Of a DNA stretch of 64,000 nt, positions 1 through 7,304 are shown piece after piece; position 1 is the first letter of the stretch, and each line of letters opens with the position of its first letter. The notes below the pieces were generated by a model. That model saw only the letters and a list, made by a program, of their open reading frames with translations. It made no database searches and was not told the origin of the DNA. Origin of the DNA: Phycisphaerales bacterium (lineage in GTDB: Bacteria > Planctomycetota > Phycisphaerae > Phycisphaerales > UBA5793). The stretch spans positions 135,346 to 199,345 of the forward strand of contig JADZAS010000023.1 of NCBI GenBank assembly GCA_020852515.1, read 5' to 3'. Both the position numbers and the translations under genes were made by a program.

Positions 1-235
1 CCTCGTGCTCCATGGCATCAGGGTCGGTCTTGTCCGCGGCGTGGCACTCGAAGCAGCCGACGTTGCCGCGGAAGTGCTTGCTGTCGCCCCACTGCTGGTA
101 GAGCGCGGTGCTCTCTTTCTTGTGGCAGTCGACGCAGGCGCGCGACTCGGCGCTCAACTCGGGCAGGCCAAATGCCTGGCCCCACGCCGCGCTCGCGCTG
201 ATCGCCAGAGCCAGAGTTCCGATTACAGGCGGCAT
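1..235 (-). CDS. Multihaem cytochrome c, N-terminal fragment (gene runs off the left edge of the window)
   Basis: Hand translation of the minus strand from ATG at 235 gives MPPVIGTLALAISASAAWGQAFGLPELSAESRACVDCHKKESTALYQQWGDSKHFRGNVGCFECHAADKTDPDAMEHE. It has a signal-peptide-like N-terminus and two CXXCH haem motifs, and starts 8 nt after the NrfD-like gene stop. It is absent from the ORF track because no stop lies inside the window. Confidence 0.6.
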   Translation of the reverse strand, partial: MPPVIGTLALAISASAAWGQAFGLPELSAESRACVDCHKKESTALYQQWGDSKHFRGNVGCFECHAADKTDPDAMEHE

Positions 236-243
236 GAACCGTG

Positions 244-1521
244 TCACGACGTGCTCCTTTCAATTCCGAGTGCTGTCGCGCTGGTGGATCTGTGCAGCGG
301 AGGCTCCGCTTCGGTCGTGTAGGGATGGTCAATCGTGAGACGACCGGACAGAACCGGAATGGTGATTCGAACCGAGATAGTGAACAGGAGAATCCCCGCC
401 GCCCAGATGCCCAGGCAGACAAGAATCTCGTTGACGGTCGGCCGGTATTCGACGATTTCGCCGATGGGCGTGGGAATGAACGCGGGGACGATCAGCCCCA
501 TGCCCTTCTCGATCCAGACGCCGATGATGATGAGAACACACGCGAGGTTGAGGTAGCGCAAACTCCGCGCCAGGGGCAGATAGAGAATGAGCAGCGCTAC
601 GGCCGTCATGCCCACGGAGGTCCAGATCCACGGCACGAGCGCGCGGTTTTCGCCGATACCGAAGAAGAGGTAGTGCGTCGAAGCGCTGTGGGCCGTGTCG
701 GCGTAGAACTCCGTGAACACTTCGCTCATCAGCAGGAAGACGTTGATCGTGAGCGCGACGAGGATGATCTGCCGCAGCGTCATGAGCGCCTTTTGCGGCA
801 CGTTGTAATCGGTGAATCTCCGGATAACCTGCAGGGCCAGCACGATGAAAGCCGGTCCGGCGGCGAAAGCCGAGGCGAGGAAGCGCGGCGCAATGATGGC
901 GCTGTTCCAGAACGGGCGGGCGCCGAGGCCGACGTACAGAAACGCCGTCACGGTGTGGATACTTACCGCCCAGACAATCGCGATCAGTACGAATGGCACG
1001 ACGAACAGCGCCTTGCGCGGCTCGCGCTTGCGGTATGCGCAGTAGATGAGATAGCCGCAGATGTGCAGGTTGAGCAGCAGATATCCATTGAGAACTATCA
1101 CATCCCACGTCAGCATCGACAGCGGAAAGTTGAAGCGCAGAAAAAGGTGGTGCACGCGGTCCGGCCGGCCGAGGTCCACCGTCACGAAGAGCAGGCACAT
1201 GATGATGAACGAGACTGCGGCAAGTTCGCCGAAGATGACCAGGTCGTGCAGTTCCTTGTTGCGGTAGATGTACACCGGAATGACGAGCATGACCGCGGCC
1301 GCCGCCATGCCCACGAGAAACGTGAAGTTGGCGATGTACAGCCCCCAGGACACCTGGTCGGTCATGCCCGTCGTCGCCAGGCCGAAGACGAGTTGCCGGC
1401 AATAGGCGTTGAGCCCGAGCAGGGCGATGGCCGTCAGGGTGAGCATCCAAGCGCCGTAGCGCCAGTCGCCGACGAAACTGAGCCGGAAGCACCGCCAGAG
1501 AAAGACGATGTAGTCTCTCAC
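244..1521 (-). CDS. NrfD/PsrC-family polytopic membrane subunit (quinone-interacting)
   Basis: ORF 244..1719 is trimmed to the GTG at 1521, which forms a GTGA overlap with the upstream stop. The product has many hydrophobic helices and reads like the NrfD/PsrC/DsrP family (LYIANFTFLVGMAAAAVM, TVDLGRPDRVHHLF, MLTWDVIVLNGYLLLN). Confidence 0.8.
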   Translation of the reverse strand: MRDYIVFLWRCFRLSFVGDWRYGAWMLTLTAIALLGLNAYCRQLVFGLATTGMTDQVSWGLYIANFTFLVGMAAAAVMLVIPVYIYRNKELHDLVIFGELAAVSFIIMCLLFVTVDLGRPDRVHHLFLRFNFPLSMLTWDVIVLNGYLLLNLHICGYLIYCAYRKREPRKALFVVPFVLIAIVWAVSIHTVTAFLYVGLGARPFWNSAIIAPRFLASAFAAGPAFIVLALQVIRRFTDYNVPQKALMTLRQIILVALTINVFLLMSEVFTEFYADTAHSASTHYLFFGIGENRALVPWIWTSVGMTAVALLILYLPLARSLRYLNLACVLIIIGVWIEKGMGLIVPAFIPTPIGEIVEYRPTVNEILVCLGIWAAGILLFTISVRITIPVLSGRLTIDHPYTTEAEPPLHRSTSATALGIERSTS

Positions 1522-2570
1522 GCGATCGCCTCCTGGCCATCTGCGGCCGCCTCGCGGTCGCCGCCGCTGCGCGGGTGACGCTCGTCGAAGTAGTAGAAGA
1601 AGCGCGGCAGAGTTCCCGCCTCTTCCTTGAGTACGAACACGCGCTTGGTCTTGAGAATCTCCGAGACTTCGCTCTGTGGATCGAGCACGTTGCCGAACTT
1701 GCGCGCGCCCGTGGGGCACACTTCGAGGCAGGCGGGCAGTTCACCGGCGCGGGTGCGGTGCAGGCAGAAGTGGCACTTCTCCATGACGCCCTTGTGACGC
1801 GGCCGGTTGGAGAGGTAACTCATGCGCGGATTGACGTCTTTCTTGGGCAACTTCGGCTCGGCAAAGTTGAACCGGCGGGCCCAGTACGGACACGCCGCTT
1901 CGCAGTACCTGCAGCCGATGCACCAGTCGTAGTCGATCACGGTGATGCCGTCGGGCTCCTGCCACGTCGCCTCCACCGGGCAGACCTTCACGCACGGCGG
2001 CTTGGCGCACTGGTGGCACTGGATCGGCACGTAGTAGTGCTCGCGGTCGGGCACGGTCGGCCGGTCGTAGTGGTGGTTGCCCTTTTCGATGTCGAGCGTG
2101 CCGCGCGGCATCTCGACCACGCGAATGTACTGAATCTCCGGGTCGCGGCTCTGGTTGTTCTCCTGCACGCAGGCATGCACGCACTTGCGGCAGCCGATGC
2201 AGCGCGAGATGTTCAGCGCGTAGACGAACTCGACGCCGTCCATCGGCCGCACGTCCCGGATGTCCGGGCGCAGGTCGTAGCGCTTCTCGACCTCGCGGGA
2301 GATGCGCTCGAGCGCTTGGCGCATTTCCTCGCCATCCATCTCCTTGTAGTGCTTCTGGATGAACTTCTCGACGGAGCCGAAGTCGTTTTCATCGAGTTCG
2401 CGCAGCGGGCTGAGGGCGCCGACGAGCGCGGCCATGCCCCCGATCGCCGCGGCACCCTTGCGGAGGAAGCTGCGGCGCGTGGTGCCGAGGCGATGCGGAC
2501 CTGGACCTGAACAGGCGGACGAACACTCGCCGTGTGAACACTTCGACTGAGATGAATCGAAGATGCGCAT
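1518..2570 (-). CDS. Tat-exported 4Fe-4S cluster subunit, NrfC/PsrB/DsrO-like
   Basis: It has a twin-arginine motif (TRRSFLRKGAAAIGGMAAL) and four ferredoxin-type Cys clusters (CIGCRKCVHAC, CHQCAKPPCVKVCP, CIGCRYCEAACP, CHFC..ACLEVCP). Confidence 0.85.
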   Translation of the reverse strand: MRIFDSSQSKCSHGECSSACSGPGPHRLGTTRRSFLRKGAAAIGGMAALVGALSPLRELDENDFGSVEKFIQKHYKEMDGEEMRQALERISREVEKRYDLRPDIRDVRPMDGVEFVYALNISRCIGCRKCVHACVQENNQSRDPEIQYIRVVEMPRGTLDIEKGNHHYDRPTVPDREHYYVPIQCHQCAKPPCVKVCPVEATWQEPDGITVIDYDWCIGCRYCEAACPYWARRFNFAEPKLPKKDVNPRMSYLSNRPRHKGVMEKCHFCLHRTRAGELPACLEVCPTGARKFGNVLDPQSEVSEILKTKRVFVLKEEAGTLPRFFYYFDERHPRSGGDREAAADGQEAIA

Positions 2571-3346
2571 CAGTGCTCATCCTCTCCGGCGGCGGGGGAC
2601 TTCTCCGGCGCCGCGTCCGAGTCGTAGGGGGTAGGCTCTTCCTCCACGCCGATGCGCACCGGCTCATAGGGCCAGTCTTCTTCGGGCGGGTAGCGGCGAA
2701 GCGGGTTCTCCTCAGTCTCGTGGCCATGCGCACCGTCTGGATCCTGCCGGCCCATGCGCAGCGTGCTGGGCGCCGGCAGCGGTTGCATCGGCGCGTAGCG
2801 CGGCGCGTGCGGGTCGTGGCACTGCACGCACGTCAGCCTGACTCGCGCAGCGCTGCCGACGATCCACGAGCCCAAAGACTTGCCGTGCACGCCGCGCTCC
2901 CAGTCGCGATAGGTCGGGCCATGACACTGCGCGCAGAGCAGCTCAACCTGGTCGAAGCCGACGGTTTCGCTGCCGCGAAGGGCGAGGCGATTGCGGTCCT
3001 CGCGCGCGTGGCAGTTGAAGCAGCGATCGTTCATGCCGTGGTCGAGCACGAGATGGGTATGCTGGGTGAGGCGGCGGGCGGCCTCGACCGGAGGCTGCAT
3101 GAGGCTGTGGCAGTCGTTGCAGTCGCGCACAAAGCCGTTGATGAGCGCCTGCGGCGGCGAGGTGAGCAGCGCCTGCGTCCGCAGCGGCCCGCGCGGCAGC
3201 GCTTCGGCGGCAATGAGTTGTGGCGGACGTTGGGGCCAGTTCGGCTCGACGGGTTCAATGAGAAAGTACACGGCGAGCGCCAGGAAAACGAAGGTCGTGG
3301 CGTAGTCGGAGATCTGCCTCGTGCGCCGGTGATTCATCGGGGCCAA
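2570..3346 (-). CDS. Membrane-anchored tetrahaem cytochrome c
   Basis: It has an N-terminal TM helix (YATTFVFLALAVYFLIEP) and four CXXCH motifs (CNDCH, CFNCH, CAQCH, CVQCH), followed by an acidic/proline-rich tail. Its stop overlaps the start of the FeS gene by 1 nt (TGATG). Confidence 0.8.
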   Translation of the reverse strand: MAPMNHRRTRQISDYATTFVFLALAVYFLIEPVEPNWPQRPPQLIAAEALPRGPLRTQALLTSPPQALINGFVRDCNDCHSLMQPPVEAARRLTQHTHLVLDHGMNDRCFNCHAREDRNRLALRGSETVGFDQVELLCAQCHGPTYRDWERGVHGKSLGSWIVGSAARVRLTCVQCHDPHAPRYAPMQPLPAPSTLRMGRQDPDGAHGHETEENPLRRYPPEEDWPYEPVRIGVEEEPTPYDSDAAPEKSPAAGEDEH

Positions 3347-3561
3347 TCGCAGGACCGGTGGACCACAAATCTGGATAACGATATCCGATTATCAGTCCGG
3401 CTCCAGTCGCCGCGGCTGCAAAGACGGCCGCGCAAGGCCAATTCCGGGGAATCCCCTCAAGGAAGCACGTTCGTTGCGCGGCGCCGGGACGGCGCGACAG
3501 TCTCAAGTCGCAGGTGCGTGGGTTTGTGGGGCGGCGCGAATGCTCGGTTCGCGCGCAGCCG

Positions 3562-4374
3562 TCACCAGTTGGACGGATGGTTGATCCAACCGTACTTGTT
3601 GAAGTCGGACTTGTAGAGACCCGTGTAGTTTTTGCCGGGCGTCGTTTCGACGAGCAGGTCGTACGCCTGAAGATCGCCGGGCTCTTCGAGATCGTCGCGC
3701 AGTCCTTTGGGACTTTCGAACTCGCCGGCGGAACCGTCCAAGTATGCCACGTTGCACTTGCCGAAATGCCGTGTCGAAAACTGATCCCACCAGGCCCACG
3801 TGCCGTCAGGAGTGGGGTTGTTGTACCACGTTTCATCCTCCTCGATGAGAATGGGCATGGCTTGGAATGCTTTGAGATTTCGACCGGGGACGGCCGGATC
3901 GATTGGATAGAGCGTCCGCCATTGCAGATCGACTCGCGCGCCGGACATGCCGGCGACGAACGTGTAGTCATACTCCTTGTTTGCCGCCCGCTTGGCCTTG
4001 GGGCACTCAACCGCCGCGCTGGAGCGACTGACGTAGGGATAGATGCGGCCGGTGGGAAACGCCGGTTCATTTGGCAGATGTGGGTGCGAGTAGCCGGACC
4101 AGTCGAGTCTGTATGCCGGTCCGTGATTCGTACAGCCCGGGATCTGTCCGTAGTCGTTCCCGTAATTCAGGAACGCGAGCGCCAACTGGCGCTGATTCGA
4201 CAGACAGCCAACCTGCTTGGCCCGCTCGCGCGCCTGGCTCAGCGCCGGCAGCAGCAGCGATATAAGCAGCGCAATGATCGAAATCACCACCAGCAGTTCG
4301 ATGAGCGTGAAACCCCACCGCCCGAACGGCAGTGGGCAACGGACCGAGTGGCTCTTGGCGGAATCCGGCCGCAT
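3562..4374 (-). CDS. DUF1559 / H-X9-DG protein with prepilin-type N-terminal methylation motif
   Basis: ORF 3562..4611 is trimmed to the Met giving [45 protein letters not shown]. The C-terminal [12 protein letters not shown] fits the H-X9-DG signature typical of Planctomycetota. Confidence 0.85.
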   Translation of the reverse strand: MRPDSAKSHSVRCPLPFGRWGFTLIELLVVISIIALLISLLLPALSQARERAKQVGCLSNQRQLALAFLNYGNDYGQIPGCTNHGPAYRLDWSGYSHPHLPNEPAFPTGRIYPYVSRSSAAVECPKAKRAANKEYDYTFVAGMSGARVDLQWRTLYPIDPAVPGRNLKAFQAMPILIEEDETWYNNPTPDGTWAWWDQFSTRHFGKCNVAYLDGSAGEFESPKGLRDDLEEPGDLQAYDLLVETTPGKNYTGLYKSDFNKYGWINHPSNW

Positions 4375-4716
4375 CTGACACTCCTTCCGGTCTGTGAGTC
4401 GCCGCCGCGTCGGCCGCGGCGCTAGACGATGTGATTGTACCGCCATTCTGGCTGGCGGTGGGACAGAATCCGCTCCAAAGGCGCGAGGCGCCTGCCCGGT
4501 GAATGTACCGCGTTTCGAGCGCCGCCGCAGCGCATTGGCCGCCATTCTGCTGGTCGGCCGGCGCGAGCCCGGTTCGGGAAAATCAACCCGATTCTCGAAA
4601 GGTCGTAGCAAGGATGGGCAAAATCTGGTCTAATAGAGGAACTGCGGCGGCCCCCACGAAGACATCTGCTCGGCCGCTTCGCATGATCCAACTGGACCTC
4701 TGGAAGGAGAGAACCA

Positions 4717-6396
4717 ATGGCAGTACCCTCAGGACGGCAAGCTCTCGCACTCATCGCCACCGCCGCACTGCTCAGCACTTCCGCGCACGCTCAACTCGAC
4801 AACAGCGTCTGGCCGCAGTACCGCGCCAACGACGCCAAGGCCGGCGCCGTGATGGCGCCCGGCCCGGCCGTGGAGCACGCCTGGACCAACGACACGGTTG
4901 CCATCCCTTCGCCCGGCGGAATCTGCGTCGCGGCCAACGGCGACATCTACTACAAGAGCATGGATGATGACGGCTGCTACGTCTATCGCATCGATCCGAG
5001 CGATGGACACGTCATCGCCCAGAGCGTGAACCTTGGCGGCGTCAACGGCAGCTACTCGGGCGTGGCCGTCGGCGTCAATCGCATCTATACGACGATCTAC
5101 TCCGGCGCGGGCAACACGTCGATCAAAGTGCTCGACAAGGACACGCTCGCGGTGACCAACACCATCACCAACGCGGCGTTCCAGAGCCTTCTCGGCACGC
5201 CGCTCATGGGCACCGCGCTCAACAACGCGGGCCATCGCAACCTGTACGTCGTCGATTACGGCGCGCTCATGCTTCACGCGGTGGATTCGGTGACAGGTTC
5301 ACTGATGTGGTCGCGAGCGTTGCCCGCAGTGGGGTTCTTCGGTGCCGTGGGCCCGATGTGGGAAGACGGAAACGGCAAGCAGGTCATCGCCCACTTCGGC
5401 AACGCCCAGTACTTCGGCGGCAGCGCCATCCGCGACAACGGCGACAACACCTCGACCGAACTCTGGCTCGGTGGACCCGAAAGTTTCAACTGGTGGGGCA
5501 GCGGCGCCATGAGCGCCGATGGCAACCGCATCTACGTCACCACCTTCAATGACAACGACGTGTCGCCGCTGTGGGCCATCGACAAAAACACCGGCTTGAT
5601 CGTGTGGCGGGTGCCCGGCTTCCGCGGCGACCCCACCAGGGAAATGAACTTCTTCGCCCGCCCGGCGGTGGTCGGCAACCGCATCTACTGCGGCGGGGCC
5701 AACGGCGTCGTCGCCTGCTACCAGGACAACGGCAGCAGCGCCACGCTGCTCTGGGAGTACCGCGACCTGATGGATGAACACACGTGCATCTCGGCAGCGA
5801 GAGCGCCGGACAACAAGACCTACATCTATGCGGTGAAACAGGGCGCCAACCTGAGTCCGCCGCGCGGCGAACTGATCGTTCTGCGCGATGACGGCAGCAG
5901 TTACACGCTTCTGCTTCAGACCGATCTCAACGGGACCATGCTGCGGACGAACTACGCGACGAGTTCGTGCCTCATTGACAGCGAGGGCGGCCTCTACGTC
6001 GGCGGCGGCAACCCCGTCGATGCAGGCGTCGGCCCCAGCGCGATCTACAAGTTTGCTCCGGCGGGCGGCGGCGGCTATCGGCTCACGCTCACAGGCTCCT
6101 GCCCGGGCCAGATCGGCATCAGCTGGAGCGGCGCGACGCCGCGCATCCAGCAGGGCATTCTCTTCGCCCGCGGCACCGGCCAGCAGATCATCCCGCCGGG
6201 CAACCCGTGCGCGGGAACCCAACTCGGGCTCAACGCCAACGGCCTGATGCTGGTCGATCCGCCCGGATTCTTCAGCACCGGCAACAGCGGCAGCGGCACC
6301 ATTAACGGCCAGGCGCCATCCGGCGCCTGCGGGGGCTACTTGCAACTCATTCAGGGCGGCTCATGCACGCTCAGCAATGTCGCTCGGATCCAGTAG
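4717..6396 (+). CDS. Secreted PQQ-like/BamB-like beta-propeller repeat protein with 4-Cys C-terminal module
   Basis: It has a signal peptide (ALALIATAALLSTSAHA-Q). Repeated NRIY..., ...VDSVTGSLMWS and AIDKNTGLIVWRV motifs look like PQQ-like propeller blades. The last ~106 aa (6076-6393) match the C-termini of the three paralogs at 29341-32524. Confidence 0.7.
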   Translation: MAVPSGRQALALIATAALLSTSAHAQLDNSVWPQYRANDAKAGAVMAPGPAVEHAWTNDTVAIPSPGGICVAANGDIYYKSMDDDGCYVYRIDPSDGHVIAQSVNLGGVNGSYSGVAVGVNRIYTTIYSGAGNTSIKVLDKDTLAVTNTITNAAFQSLLGTPLMGTALNNAGHRNLYVVDYGALMLHAVDSVTGSLMWSRALPAVGFFGAVGPMWEDGNGKQVIAHFGNAQYFGGSAIRDNGDNTSTELWLGGPESFNWWGSGAMSADGNRIYVTTFNDNDVSPLWAIDKNTGLIVWRVPGFRGDPTREMNFFARPAVVGNRIYCGGANGVVACYQDNGSSATLLWEYRDLMDEHTCISAARAPDNKTYIYAVKQGANLSPPRGELIVLRDDGSSYTLLLQTDLNGTMLRTNYATSSCLIDSEGGLYVGGGNPVDAGVGPSAIYKFAPAGGGGYRLTLTGSCPGQIGISWSGATPRIQQGILFARGTGQQIIPPGNPCAGTQLGLNANGLMLVDPPGFFSTGNSGSGTINGQAPSGACGGYLQLIQGGSCTLSNVARIQ

Positions 6397-6423
6397 AACA
6401 CGCCAAAGCAGCCGATCAAGCAA

Positions 6424-6458
6424 GGCGGCGACCACTTCAGGTCGCCGCCTCTCGTTTT
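6424..6458 (+). terminator. Rho-independent terminator between convergent genes
   Basis: A GGCGGCGACC (6424-6433) / GGTCGCCGCC (6440-6449) stem encloses a 6-nt loop and is followed by TCTCGTTTT. It lies 28 nt after the stop at 6396. Confidence 0.6.
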
Positions 6459-6489
6459 GCCCTGCTGTGGATTGACTGCAACCGCCCGG

Positions 6490-7245
6490 TCAGTTCTCCC
6501 CCACCGCGGCGAGAATCTCGCCGACCGCCTCGGGGAGCGGGCGCGTTTCGAGGTTGAGACCGCCGTCGGCCTGAACGGTGAGTTCGTAGAGCACGCCGGG
6601 CTTCATCGGCTTGTAGACCGCTTCGCCCTGCGCGACGCGCACGCCGTACTCGGCTGCAAGCGCCGGGTCGTTGCACAGATCCCAGAACCGCTCCCACAAT
6701 TTCTTCTCGAAGTCGATGGGCCTCTCGGGCCCGCTGTAGCCCGCGGGCACTTCGCCTGCGACGTCGATTGGAAAGCCGTCGGCGGGCGCGAGCATTTCGG
6801 AGTAGACGCGACGGAGGAGCACGATCGTCTGGCCGCGCATCGGATGAGCCGTAGCGACCGCGTCGTGGTCGAACTTCACGACCAGGCCATCGAAGAAGGC
6901 GACGTGGCCGGGGATGGTGAAGCAGTGCCGGCCGACGGGCTGCTCATCGGGCCCGAGTTCCACCATGAGAAGCGAGGTTTCAGTCGGCAGCCCGGCCGGG
7001 CCGGTCTTCTGTTCGGTGACGACGATTTGCGCCAGCCGCCGGCTGCGGGTGAGGCGGTCGATCATGTTCTCGAGGACCTGCTGGCGCCGGGCGGCCTCGA
7101 CGAGTGACTGCTCGAGCTGCTGCTCCCGGCCGTGAGCGACCTGGCGGTAGTGCCAGTAGGCGCCGCCCATCGCCGAGGCGAGAACGATCAGCGCCAGCGC
7201 CAGGAGGGTGAGTGGAAGGCTCGCGATGGTGGAAAGTCGCGGCAT
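6490..7245 (-). CDS. Hypothetical membrane-anchored protein
   Basis: It has one N-terminal TM/signal anchor (IASLPLTLLALALIVLASAMGGAYW) followed by a ~210-aa soluble domain. I do not recognise the family. Codon usage is consistent with coding. Confidence 0.55.
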   Translation of the reverse strand: MPRLSTIASLPLTLLALALIVLASAMGGAYWHYRQVAHGREQQLEQSLVEAARRQQVLENMIDRLTRSRRLAQIVVTEQKTGPAGLPTETSLLMVELGPDEQPVGRHCFTIPGHVAFFDGLVVKFDHDAVATAHPMRGQTIVLLRRVYSEMLAPADGFPIDVAGEVPAGYSGPERPIDFEKKLWERFWDLCNDPALAAEYGVRVAQGEAVYKPMKPGVLYELTVQADGGLNLETRPLPEAVGEILAAVGEN

Positions 7246-7304
7246 CGGCTGATCTTATCGGCACAGTTGCAGGTCCGTCCGCAAGCGAGTCGATACCTGT
7301 GGAA

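Noticed and set aside
241-1578. Long antisense or alternative-frame ORFs throughout the window. Examples are 241..1578 +, 1575..2510 +, 5299..6345 -, 22944..23576 -, 36158..37819 -, 39796..41244 +, 46023..47765 +, 49772..51256 -, 53087..54544 +, 57988..59067 + and 60151..61836 -.
   Set aside because: They are typical shadow ORFs of a high-GC genome. Their translations are Arg/Ala/Gly/Pro-rich with no motifs. Each lies fully inside a gene on the other strand or frame that has clear family signatures.
244-3346. Calling the cytochrome/FeS/NrfD genes Alternative Complex III (ActABC).
   Set aside because: The FeS subunit is only 350 aa, carries its own Tat signal and has no molybdopterin-like domain. 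The cytochrome has four rather than five haems, and no actDEF-like genes follow.
4433-4553. A repeated short motif (CCGCCATTCTG..CTGG at about 4440 and about 4539, and TGTACCGC at about 4435 and about 4504) in the 342-nt divergent intergenic region, considered as a possible operator pair.
   Set aside because: Each copy is only ~11-16 nt and imperfect. In a GC-rich spacer this could be chance, and I cannot assign a regulator.
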